Of a stretch of DNA of 64,000 nucleotides, positions 47,036-58,629 are shown piece by piece (positions within the stretch are counted from its first letter, which is position 1; every line of letters starts with the position of its first letter). A model generated the notes under the pieces. That model had not been told where the DNA came from, searched no databases, and saw only the letters and a program-made list of their open reading frames with translations. The stretch comes from Macrostomum lignano (lineage: Eukaryota). A program made the translations under genes and the position numbers. Location: the NCBI GenBank assembly GCA_002269645.1, contig NIVC01000092.1, positions 524,200-588,199 on the forward strand. Reading direction: 5' to 3'.

Positions 47036-47862
47036 TTGTCTTCTTTTAAAAGGCTAAGGCCCTATAAATTCACTTTTTCGTGGTTCGACCTGCTGTACTT
47101 TTGCTGGTCTCAGCAAAGCCTAGCTAATCTCTGATGCAGCATTAAACTAGGCTTTCATTTGGCTTTCTGCCTAACTGCGGACTTCGAGATAATAAATTTA
47201 AAATAAAGTCCCCCAGCCGGTGTGGCGTGCCACATTTCCCGCTCGCCCGCTGTCACGTGCCATCGGCTTGAAAGCATTCTAACTAACTGGTATACTTGTT
47301 TCAGCCCTAAGAAACAGACTCACTGCCGTTATGCCCGGTTTGGGACCCTCTTGAGGGATTTGGGAACTCTGAGTGACCGATTAATAATTCATTTCGCGAG
47401 TTCGGACTATATAGCTATGAGGAATGCAAGCGGGAGAAAGGAAGGGAGTGGGAAAGATGGATGAAAAACTTGATACCTTCGCTAGAATATCCCATTTATC
47501 TGGATTTGCGCATTTCTGCTACATAAGATAAGATTGCGTGGGTGGTATTTTGCTTTTGACTAAAGTGGCTGTTTAAGCTTTCCCAAATTCGACTAAAGCC
47601 TCGCTTGATTGACCTTCCTTCTGACCTTAAGGCCTCTCGCTTTCTTTGAGGCTATAGATAATGCCAGGTCTAATGCTCAAGTTATTACTAAAATAAATAT
47701 CTCCAGTAGGGCTATTGGGCACCCTGGCGCAATGCCTTCGGCAACATCGTGCCACCGCTGAACTGCTTTGCGCCCCAAGGCTAGTGTGATAGGTTTTAGG
47801 TTTAAGTAATAAAAATTTATATTTTTTAAGAATAATAAAAGTTTGTCTTTTTTATTCTGCAG

Positions 47863-50800
47863 CAGAACAACAAGAGCGACCCGCGCGAGCGTCGCCTCAA
47901 GGCGATCTACGACGCTTTGGACGCCGGCAACAACAAGAAGGCCATCCAGGAGGCTGAGAAAGTTCTGCGCAAAGAGGCTGGCGATTCACTATGCGCGAAA
48001 GCGTTGCGCGCACTCGCACTATTGCGCTACGGCCGCCTTGATGAGGCCACTGCCGCCGCTTCGGAGGTGGGCTGCGGCTTTGCTTGTCTAGTCCTCTGTC
48101 GCCCGCTCTCTGACTTCCGCCTTCTCCCTCTCTGTGATTTCCGCCCTCTCTCTGACTTCCGAGCTCTGACTTCCGCCCTCTCTCTGACTTCCGCCCTCTC
48201 TGACTTCCGCGCTCTGACTTCCGTCCTCTCTCTGACTTCCGCCCTCTCTCTGACTTCCGCCCTCTGACTTCCGCCCTCTCTGATTTCCGCCCTCTCTCTC
48301 TGACTTCCGCCCTCTGACTTCCGCCCTCTCTACTTCTGCCCTCTCTGACTTCCACCCTCTCTACTTCTGCCCTCTAACACTTCCGCCCTCTCTGACTTCC
48401 GCCCTCTTTGCCGCTCCAATTCCACACACTTCCCATCAGCTCTAGTATGGATATATAAAAGCTAATTTTATTCTCACTCTCCCAGGTGGAGCGGGTGGAC
48501 ACCAGCGAGGAGTCAGTGCTGCAGGCCATGACCTATTTCTACAAGGAGAGCCATCGGCTCGATCTCATAGCGGCAATGTACGAACGGGCCGTCCAGCAGC
48601 AGCCGAAGAGCGAGGACCTGCTCACCAGCCTGTTCATGGCCCACGTCAGAGTCCTGGACCACAAGAAACAGCAGCTGACGGCCGCCAAGCTGCACCGGCT
48701 AGCGCCTAGCAAGAATCCCTACTATTTCTGGTCCGTGATGAGCGTGCTCATGCAGGCCACTGAGTGCGGCGGCGAGCTGGCCAGCAAAATGCTGCTGCCG
48801 CTGGCCGCCAAGATGGCCGAGGCCTTCCGGGACCGGATGAACGCCGAGGCTGAGGTCTGCTCACTCCTCAGTCACTCTCCAGTTACTCCCTACTCACTCT
48901 CCAGTTACTCCCTACTCACTTCTCTGGTCACTCTCCAGTTACTCCCTACTCACTCTCCAGTTACTCCCTAGTCACTTCTCTGGTCACTCTCCAGTTACTC
49001 CCTAGTCATTCTCCAGTCAATCCCCAGTCACTCCCTATTGGCTCCCCAGTCACTCCCTATTGGCTCCCCAGTCACTCCCTATTGGCTCCCCAGTCACTCC
49101 CTAGTCACTCACCAGTCACTCCCTATTGGCTCCCCAGTCAATCCCTAGTCACTCGCTAGTCACTCGATCTATTGGCTCCCCAGTCACTCCCTAGTCACTC
49201 ACCAGTCACTCCCAGTCACTCCCTATTGGCTCCCCAGTCACTCACCAGTCACTCTCCAGTCACTCCCTATTGGCTCCCCAGTCACTACCTAGTCACTCCC
49301 TAGTCCCTCTCCAGTCACTACCTAGCCACTCTCCAGTCACTCTACAGATACTCTCTAATCACTATCCAGTCACTTTCCAGTCACTCCCTAGTCATTCTCT
49401 AGTCACTACCTAGTCACTTCCCAGTCACTTTCCAGTCACTCTCCAGTCACTCGATCTATTGGCTCCCCAGTTACTCCCTAGTCACTCACCAGTCACTCCC
49501 AGTCACTATCTGATCAGTTTTTAGTCAAACCCTACACTAGACTCACTATTCAAAAAGCTAGTCCCTTAGTCACCTCATCACTCCATAATCTCTCCCGTCA
49601 CTCCCCACCCATTCTTCTATAGTCGCTAATAAACTACGCACTATCTTACCTTTTCACTTCACACCGAATTATTTTTCAACTTATTTTCCGTTAAGACCCG
49701 AACTTTCAAGCTCGAAGAGAGTTAGTTGAGAATTGATTCCCCCCTCTAATTATCGCGAATTTCAATTATCCCCTTTCACCTTTCTTATCATAAAAACATC
49801 CAGGCCATCTCTACATTTGCAGGCAATGCGATTGTGAACCAGCATAAATGCATAACTGATTGACATTGTTCCTGTGCATCTCCCACTTTAATTACGTTCT
49901 AATTCCCTTGCAGAAACCATACATTTTGTGCTTTCATTATTTCTCTCATATTTTTCTGCCAATTAGTGCCTAAAAATGTTTTTAATTAATAATGTCTGAT
50001 TTGATTTCACTCTCTCCCCTGACCCACAGGTGCAGCTGTACTTGATGGTGCTAGAAATGCAGGAACGATTTGAAGACTGTTTGGCCACCCTGGACGGTCC
50101 TTTGAGCTCATTGTTGAGTCCGCAGTCTACCGAGATGACCCGTCAGCAACGAATGGGCTACCTGGAGAAGCTGGGCCGCAAACAGGAACTCGCCGATGCT
50201 CGTTGGGAAGATTTAACCACTGAGCCGAACGATTGGGCCAGGTAAGGCTTTGCTTGGGATAAGAATCCCTACTTCCGGTTATAGTTTAGTTTGGCAGAAG
50301 CTTCCACTTCCGGTTCCAGTTTACTAGGCAGAAGCTTCCACTTCCGGTTATAGTTTAGTTAGGCAGAAGCTTCCACTTCCGGTTCCAGTTTACTAGGCAG
50401 AAGCTTCCACTTCCGTTTCTAGTTTAGTTAGGCAGAAGCTTCCACTTCCGGTTATAGTTTAGTTAGGCAGAAGCTTCCACTTCCGGTTATAGTTTAGTTA
50501 GGCAGAAGCTTCCACTTCCGGTTATAGTTTAGTTAGGCAGAAGCTTCCACTTCCGGTTATAGTTTAGTTAGGCAGAAGCTTCCACTTCCGGTTATAGTTT
50601 AGTTAGGCAGAAGCTTCCACTTCCGGTTATAGTTTAGTTAGGCAGAAGCTTCCACTTCCGGTTATAGTTTAGTTAGGCAGAAGCTTCCACTTCCGGTTAT
50701 AGTTTAGTTAGGCAAAAGCTTCCACTTCCGGATCCAGTTTACTAGGCAGAAGCTTCCACTTCCGGTTATAGTTTAGTTAGGCAAAAGCTTCCACTTCCGG

Positions 50801-53800
50801 TTCCAGTTTACTAGGCAGAAGCTTCCACTTCCGGTTCTAGTTTGGATAGGCAAAAGCTTCCACTTCCGGTTTCAATTAAACTAGGTAGCAATCTTCACTT
50901 CCGGTGCCAACTGAACTGGGTAACAATCTCTACTTCCGGTTCCAGTTAGACTGGGTAGCAATATCCACTTCCGCTTTCAATTAGGCTGGGTAGCAATCTC
51001 CACTTCCAGTTCAAGTAAGACGGGTAGCAATCTCCACTTCCGGTTCAAGTTAGACTGGTAGGCACCCACTCCATCCACACTAATACTAATCCACTTCTTT
51101 CCCCAGATGGCAGAGCTGCATTCAATCATCTATTAACGCCGACATCAGCCAAGGCGGCGACTACGTCGAAGCCGATCCTCGCCTATCGGAGCTGCAGTCC
51201 CGCATAGACGCCATTGCGGCTGAGCACCCGGGCCTGAGCGGGCCGTGCCTTGCCCGACTCGAACTGATGAGGCGTTGCCCCGTCAGCTGCCGGCCCGAGA
51301 CCGCCCTGTCCCTCATGCGCTCTTACTTTGAGGCCTTCGCCAGCCGGCCAGCCGTGGCCTCCGACCTGCTGCAGTTCCGCTCCCTGCTCTCGGACACTGA
51401 CGAGAACTCATCGCCCGCTAAGCTGCTGGAGCTGATCCGGCCTGGCCTGCCCGAGTGGCCAAAGGCGGCTGCAGATGCTGATAGGCAACAGCTTGTTAGG
51501 GATTTGACGGCTAGGATTAACTATGAACAGGTAGGCAGCATGGCTGGCTAGATTAGCAATCCATGATTGGCTGGATTAGCAATCCATGATTGGCTAGATT
51601 AGCAGTCCATGATTAGCTGGATTAGCAATCCATGATTGGCTAGATTAGCAATCCATGATTGACCAGATTAGCAATCCATGATTGGCTAGATTTGCAATCC
51701 ATGATTGACCAGATTAGCAATCCATGATTGACCAGATTAGCAATCCATGATTGGCTAGATTTGCAATCCATGATTGACCAGATTAGCAATCCATGATTGA
51801 CTAAATTAGCAATCCATGATTGACTAGATTAGCAATCCATGTTTGGCTAGATTAGCAATCCATGATTGGCTAGATTAGCAATCCATGATTGGCTAGATTA
51901 GCAATCCATGATTGGCCAGATTAGCAGTCCCTGACAACTCCCAGCAGCAGCTCAAATGAGCTCTGCGGATTTAATGTTAGCAGTGGAGTGGATCTAGTTT
52001 CAATAACAATTTTTCACCTGCCCCGTAAGCCTGCCCTAAGGTTCCCGATGGACTCGGATTCGAAACGCTTCGCTGCACCCTTACATTCCAGCTCTTCTAT
52101 CATCTTTTTTGCCTTGCTTGCTCTAGCAGCAGCAGCAAGCTTTTTTTCTGTTGCTTTTTAGCCTCTAGCTAGCGGGCTCCATTCATATATGATTATCTGC
52201 AATATGTTGACCGAGCTTTAGAGAATGGATAGGCCTTCTCCGCATTTTCGTTAGAGTTCTGCCTAGCTTCAATCAATGGATCTATTAAGCTAATTAGTCC
52301 ACTGGGCCTTTCATCTCTTATGGTACTTGACTATACAAATTTAACTGCAGCAATTGTCTATTCTGTCGTTCTGACACGAGTCTGTGAAATTCTATAGTCC
52401 CTAGTCATCTTTTAAAAGAGATTAACTAAGTCATATAATAATATAGTCCGTGTATAATCCCTAAATCCCAATTTCGGCATGGCCCAGAAACTACATCCCA
52501 ATCCCTACATCCCAATCGCTATATCCTAGCCTCTACATCCCAGTCCTTACATCCCAGTCCCTACATCTCAGTCCCTACATCTCAGTCCCTACATCCCAGT
52601 CCTTACAACCCAGTCCCTACATCCCAATCCCTACATCCCAGTCGCTACATTCCAGTCGCTACATCCCAATCCCTACATCCTAATCCCTATATCCCAGTGC
52701 CTACATCTCAATCTGTATATCCCAATCCCTATATCCCAATCCCTATATCCCAATCCCTACATCCCAATCCCTATATCCCAATCCCTATATCCCAGTCCCT
52801 ACATCTCAGTCCCTACATCCCAGTCCTTACAACCCAGTCCCTACATCCCAATCCCTACATCCCAGTCCCTACATCCCAGTCCTTACATCCTAGTGCCTAC
52901 ATCTCAATCCGTATATCCCAATCCCTACATCCCAGTCCCTACATCCCAGTCGCTACATCCCAATCCCTACATCCCAGTCCCTACATCCCAATCCATACAT
53001 CCCAATCCCTACATCCCAATCCCTACATCCCAATCCCTACATCCCAATCCATACATCCCAATCCCTACATCCTAATCCCTATATCCCAGTGCCTACATCT
53101 CAATCCGTATATCCCAATCCCTACATCCCAATCCCTATATCCCAGTCGCTACATTCCAATCCCTACATCCCAGCCTCTACATCCCAGTCCCTACATCTCA
53201 GTCCATACATCCCAAACTCCCGATTCCCAGATTCCCCATAGCAACGGCCAGCCTACTATCCCCTCCGCATGCGAACCCGGATCCCGCAGCTAAGCCGCGG
53301 CCTGCTCAACAAGCCAATGGATGCTGAGCAGCGCAATGCCAAAGTAGCTGAACTAATCCAAGCCTACCGCGCCAACCTGCTTGACGGACTCCGTCCAACC
53401 GAGGTTCAACCGGCCGACGACCTGCTGCTTCTGGCAGTCAGCCTACACTACGACGCCTGGCTTGTTGAAGATGCCAAACAGAGCGAAACTCACCTGCTAC
53501 AGGCTCTGTACCTCCTGGATGAGGGCCTGTCAGGCTCGCCTAGTAACTACAATATCATGCTGTGGATGATCCGCCTGTTCATCGCCCTGGGCGCCTGGAC
53601 TCCGGCTAGCAACCTGTACGAACGGCTGGACGTGAAGCAGATCCTGCTGGAGAGCGTCGGCTTTGTGCTGTCCAGGCAGGTGGCCAGGTGCGGCCTGTTG
53701 TCGCAGGGACTGGTTATGCTAAATAATACGGCCATGTTTTATAAAAACAACTGGCGCGATATTGTTGAGCATCTGTGCACGGCTTACAGGATTGGCAATT

Positions 53801-56620
53801 TTAGAAAGGTGCGTGTATAAAAAGGCTTTGTTTACTTTATACGAGTACATTATGTTCTTTTGGTTCAGTTGAATTTTTGAGTCCCCAGTTAGTCCCGATT
53901 TTGGATCCCTAGAAAATCCCAAGCTGGTCCCGATCCTGAGTTCTACAGTAGTCCCATTTTCAATTCCTAGACAGTCTCAATTCTAAACTCTGAGTCCCTA
54001 GACAGTCCCGTTTCTGAGTCCCTAGACAGTCCGGTTTCTGAGTCTCTAGACAGTCCCGTTTATGAGTCCCTAGACAGTCCCGTTTATGAGTCCCTAGACA
54101 GTCCCGATTCTGAGTCTCTAGACAGTCCCGTTTATGAGTCCCTAGACAGTCCCGATTCTGAGTCTCTAGACAGTCCCGTTTATGAGTCCCTAGACAGTCC
54201 CGATTCTGAGTCTCTAGACAGTCCCGTTTATGAGTCCCTAGACAGTCCCGATTCTGAGTCTCTAGACAGTCCCGTTTATGAGTCCCTAGACAGTCCCGAT
54301 TCTGAGTCCCTAGACAGTCCCAATCCTAAGTCCCATGACGGTCCCGATCCTAAGTCCCATGTTGCTCCCGATCCTAAGTCCCATGATGGTTCTGATCCTA
54401 AGTCCCATGTTGGTCCCGATCCCAAGTCCCATGATGGTTCTGATCCTAAGTCCCATGTTGCTCCCGATCCTAAGTCCCATGTTGGTCCCGATCCTAAGTC
54501 CCATGTTGGTCCCGATCCCAAGTCCCATGATGGTTCTGATCCTAAGTCCCATGTTGCTCCCGATCCTAAGTCTCATGATGGTCCCGATCCTAAGTCCCAT
54601 GTTGGTCTCGATCCTAAATCTCATGTTGGTCCCGATCCTAAGTCCCATGATGGTTCTGATCCTAAGTCTCATGATGGTCCCGATCCTAAGTCCCATGATG
54701 GTCCCGATCCTAAGTCTCATGATGGTCCCGATTCTAAGTCCCATGATGGTCCCGATCCTAAGTCTCATGATGGTCCCGATCCTAAGTCCCATGATGGTCC
54801 CGATCCTAAGTCTCATGATGGTCCCGATTCTAAGTCCCAAATTAGACCAGCTCCGCCGGAATTGCTCAGGTCCCCGAGCTCGTCGCCCTGACTGACCGGG
54901 TGAGCTCGAGTCTGGAGTCGGTCTTCTGCGGCCTGGAGCTGCGCCACCAGTCCCTGCTGCTCAGCGGGCCCAACATTGTCGAGGGCGTCTACGAGATGGG
55001 CGCCCCGCCGGAGTCCTCCAGCAGCGCCGAGTCGCCGCAGCCCGCCTTCGACGGCCTTGTCGATGGTCGAGACTTTCGATTGGTTCGCGAGTTCCGCTCC
55101 GACCTGCTGGCCGCCACGGCCGACGCCAGCCGGTTGCTGGAAGACGAGCGCGCCTGGCTGCTGTACCGGTCTCTGGGCCTGCGCTGTGTCAGCCATCTGA
55201 CCCGCATGGCAACTGAGATGGCTTCCACCGGCTCCGTTACTAAGCAGGCCGACGCGGCTAGGGCGTTGAAGCAGCAGCTGATGGAGCAGTCCGCTGGGTC
55301 GACTGGCGACTCATTGCCGGCCTTCGACATCGAGCCGCATCCCTGCCTGCCGTACCCGGCCTGTCTGCCCGCTCACTTTGCGGCAGGATCCCAGGTTTGT
55401 TTAGGGAGCTTTATTATACTGGGATTCTCTAACTCTTTTGGTGGCAATGGAACATGTGTTTATGTGCTTTTTGTAGCTTGGCATTCCTGTTTAGAGATGT
55501 AGCATTCTTAGCCTCCTGTTTTGGGATTTTAGGATTTTAAGATTTGGGATTTTAGCCTTCTGTTTTGGGAATTTTTTATTTATTGCTTTGGGATTTAAGC
55601 CTCGTGTTTTTGGATTTGGGATTTTAGGAATATTAGGATTTGAGATGTAAGGGATTTTGGGATTTTTTTGGATTTGGGATTTTAGGAATTTTAGGATTTG
55701 GGATTTTAGGGATTTGGGAATTTTTGGATTTTATGAATTTTGGGGATTTTGGGATTTTAAAATTTGGGATTTCAACTTCCGGTTTGGAAGTTTGGGGTTT
55801 CAGGTTTTGGGATTTTTCGAATTTTAGGATTTGAGATGTTAGGGATTTGGGGATTTTTGGATTTGGGATTTTATGATTTTAGGATTTGGGATTTTGGAAT
55901 TCTAGGATTATGAATTTCGGCCTCAGGAAAATCCCAGGGATTTCGGGATTTTCAAACTTGTGTAGCTGATACAAGCCCCATCCCCTCTCCATTCGCCAGG
56001 CGCTCCTCGCCCCAGCCATCGACTACTTCTTAAACCTGCTGCCACCGTCAACCGACAATTCGTCCGCCGGCGTCGCCGACGCATCCTCAATCGACCCGCT
56101 GTTGGAGTCGTTCGACGCCCAGCTGGCAGCCGTGGAGGTCATCAACGCCGATGGCGGGTCAGCAGCGACCGCCCCCGTTGAGCCGCTGTTCGGCCAGCAG
56201 CTGCAGCGGCTCTCCTGCCTGTGCGAGTCGGCCTGCCTGCTCAGCTTGGTGCACGAGCTCACCGCCGTCGCTCTGGCCGGCAAGCTGGCGATGTCGAAAA
56301 AACAGCGCCGACCCTACGAAACGTTTTGTCGGACAGTCCGAAGTCGAATCGGCGACCGGATCAATCGGGCAGCCGCCGCTCTCGAAGCGCTGGAGGCCGT
56401 CTGGAAGGCGAAGATCGGCCAGGCCTGGACCGACGCCGATGGCCAGGAGGAGACCGTCGGCGTCGGTGGCGATGACGGCGGCCAGCCGAAACGACGCTGT
56501 CGGGCCAAAGTTGACGAGCTGCTCTGCCAGTCCCGCTGCCGCTGCCTCGGCGAGATGCTCAACCTGCTGAGAGTGAAGGCGCGCCTGTCCGAGACTGGCA
56601 GGGCCGGCGGCGCCACCTGA
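47863..56620 (+). CDS. NAA25: N-alpha-acetyltransferase 25, NatB auxiliary subunit (MDM20); 7 visible coding exons, about 957 aa; start codon exon not located
   Basis: join(<47863..48066,48486..48854,50030..50241,51107..51530,53290..53808,54870..55394,56000..56620), phase-consistent. DPRERRLKAIYDALDAGNNKKAIQEAEKVLRK, LLTSLFMAHVR, KNPYYFWSVMS, EAEVQLYLMVLE and LYERLDVKQILLESVG match NAA25 conserved blocks. Confidence 0.93.
48105..48410. repeat. Intronic repeat, about 16-18 bp unit (TCTGACTTCCGCCCTC)
   Basis: NAA25 intron 1. Confidence 0.9.
48860..49505. repeat. Degenerate intronic repeat built from CAGTCACTCCC / CTATTGGCTCCC modules
   Basis: NAA25 intron 2. Confidence 0.88.
50268..51050. repeat. 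Intronic minisatellite, 35-bp unit (ACTTCCGGTTATAGTTTAGTTAGGCAGAAGCTTCC), decaying at the 3' end
   Basis: NAA25 intron 3. Confidence 0.95.
51550..51930. repeat. Intronic minisatellite, 23-bp unit (GATTAGCAATCCATGATTGGCTA)
   Basis: NAA25 intron 4. Confidence 0.95.
52490..53215. repeat. Intronic minisatellite, 14-bp unit (ATCCCAATCCCTAC)
   Basis: NAA25 intron 4. Confidence 0.95.
53990..54840. repeat. Two abutting 24-bp minisatellites (CTAGACAGTCCCGTTTATGAGTCC, then GATCCTAAGTCCCATGATGGTCCC)
   Basis: NAA25 intron 5; the switch occurs near 54320. Confidence 0.95.
55510..55950. repeat. Low-complexity GGGATTT/GGATTT repeat
   Basis: NAA25 intron 6. Confidence 0.88.
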
Positions 56621-56627
56621 GTACTGA

Positions 56628-56646
56628 TTGTCTGCCTGCCTGTCTG

Positions 56647-56695
<49 letters not shown>

Positions 56696-56756
56696 TTTTC
56701 TGTCTGTCTGTCTGTCTGTGTGTCTGTCTGTCTGTCTGTCTGTCTGTGTGTCTGTG

Positions 56757-56797
<41 letters not shown>

Positions 56798-56800
56798 GCC

Positions 56801-56833
<33 letters not shown>

Positions 56834-56900
56834 GCCTGTCTGTCTGTCTGTCTGCCTGTCTGTCTGTCTGTCTGCCTGTCTGTCTGTCTGTCGGTTTGTC
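56628..56900. repeat. (CTGT)n microsatellite right after the NAA25 stop codon
   Basis: Visible tetranucleotide repeat. Confidence 0.96.
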
Positions 56901-57538
56901 TGTATTTCTATGTCTGTCTTCCTCCGTGGCCGCCGCAGTTGTTTCCAGAATCGCGCAGGTGACCATTGTTCGCTCGATTCGCTGTTCCCCTTCAGCCATG
57001 AGACGGTGTTTCTGTTTTTTGTCAGGTGCCGAATTCTGAGCTGCCACCTGCCCTGTTTACGGTAACCGCCAACCATGAAAATCAAGGTCGCATTCTGTTT
57101 AAACCCTGTCTGCCCTGTTCCATCTCTCTGTCAGCCAGGCAGTTCCGGTTCTCTAATTGAGTTTATTTGGTTATTTGTATTGAACAGGCTCTGCCGCCCT
57201 GCTCATTCGCTTCATTCACGCAGGCCAGGAGTCGGCAAGCTCCGGCCCGCGAAGCCTCTCTTTCCCTCTCCTGTCTCCCCCCGTCTCTTATCTCTTTATT
57301 AGTCTCTAATCTCTTCTCTCCCTAGTAGGCCATATCAGGCAACCATCGGAATTACAGCTAACCTGTGCCCGCCATCCGTTCAACTCTTGTTGTTTTGATT
57401 GAAGAAGTAAATTATTTATTTCTTTAATGCTAAATATAAAATAGTTAAATTATTAATAGTAATAATTGCTATCTTTTTCTACCGCGTTGTTTTCTCGCCT
57501 AGGCGAGGTGGAGTAGAATTTGATTGACCGAAATCGGC

Positions 57539-57809
57539 AGTAGTATAGAAAAAGACGCTTCTAGACCCAGAGCACTTTTTTAATGACCGTTTTAAGGGTC
57601 TAGAGGGGGGACACGGGGGGTAAATAAAAAAACACATCTAAACACCCTTAACACATCTAATCACCCATAATCACCCCTAACAATAAAAATCACTTCCCAA
57701 CACTTCCAAACACTCCCCAACACCCCCCTCGCGTCCCCCCTCTTAAGACCTTACAAACGGTCATTAAAATAAGGTCTGATCTAGAAGCGTCTTTTTCTAT
57801 ACTACTACT
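57539..57809. repeat. Inverted repeat pair with AGTAGT ends (arms 57539-57621 and 57722-57809, 100-bp spacer)
   Basis: AGTAGTATAGAAAAAGACGCTTCTAGA...TTTTAATGACCGTTT...GAGGGGGGAC(A/G)CG is matched by its reverse complement about 270 bp away. Confidence 0.9.
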
Positions 57810-58175
57810 CTATAACCCCTTGCCCGCGCCGCAGGCGCGAAGGGTCACAAAAGAGTTTAAACTGAGTCATGGTAATAGTAACACTCAACAAAAAATTACT
57901 CTCATAGCCACTATTGGCTAGCTTGCAAAATCTTGCCGTAGCAGGAATTGAACGCCCACTCAGCCATCCAACTCTATAAAAACCACAGCCATCAACCCAG
58001 TTCTAGCTCATCTCTCAGGAAGAAGAAGACAGGCTCCGCGCGTCACAAGTAAAATGGGGTGCCCACCATCAATGAATAAGTTTTTAACAAATCGTCCAGA
58101 AAAATTCTGGACGTCCAGAAAAAAATGACTCAATGCAGTATATACACCATCTTGGGTTGAAAAATATTCTTTTGT

Positions 58176-58619
58176 GTGTTCTCGTATTCTTTTTTTCTGT
58201 TACTAAAAATAGAACAAAAAATGACACACGTTACACATATGCAAAATCTGAATGAATTGCAGGTAGGAGACCCAGTTGAATACCGAGGTGAGGGGCTTTT
58301 TGATGTGGTTGGAACAGCAGCAAATTTTGTTAAAGACAATATGGGGCTTATAGGGCAAGCTGGCTCTGCAGCAGGCTCTATAACCAACGCCGTAAAGGGC
58401 GGAATTGAAGCAGCTAGAGCGGCAGAAGAACTAAAGAAATTGAGAGATTTTAACGACACCCTCTCACAAATAAATGCAATAAAAGATTTAAAGCTGGCAC
58501 AAGCCGCACAACCAACAGAAACCCCCACGAAAACCACGCCAATAAGTAATAAAGATATTCAGGATTTTAATAAAATGTTAAATACTATTAAAGGTGGAAA
58601 AGGATTAAAGAAATTTTAA
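58176..58619 (+). CDS. Polinton small Gly/Ala-rich protein, probable virion/core protein
   Basis: Intact ORF; the likely start is the MTHVTHM ATG at about 58221. Contains GEGLF, a Gly/Ala-rich helix and C-terminal IKGG|KGL, which fits the adenain consensus (M/L/I)xGG|x. Function is inferred. Confidence 0.7.
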   Translation: MFSYSFFLLLKIEQKMTHVTHMQNLNELQVGDPVEYRGEGLFDVVGTAANFVKDNMGLIGQAGSAAGSITNAVKGGIEAARAAEELKKLRDFNDTLSQINAIKDLKLAQAAQPTETPTKTTPISNKDIQDFNKMLNTIKGGKGLKKF

Positions 58620-58629
58620 CAATATAAAA

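Noticed and set aside
56900-57130. Coding-looking minus-strand segment (VAAQNSAPDKKQKHRL...)
   Set aside because: No polypyrimidine tract or recognisable homology, and it runs into the CTGT repeat; more simply the NAA25 3' UTR.
57539-57809. Stand-alone mini-Polinton MITE
   Set aside because: No target-site duplication flanks the pair, so it is kept only as an alternative in the findings.
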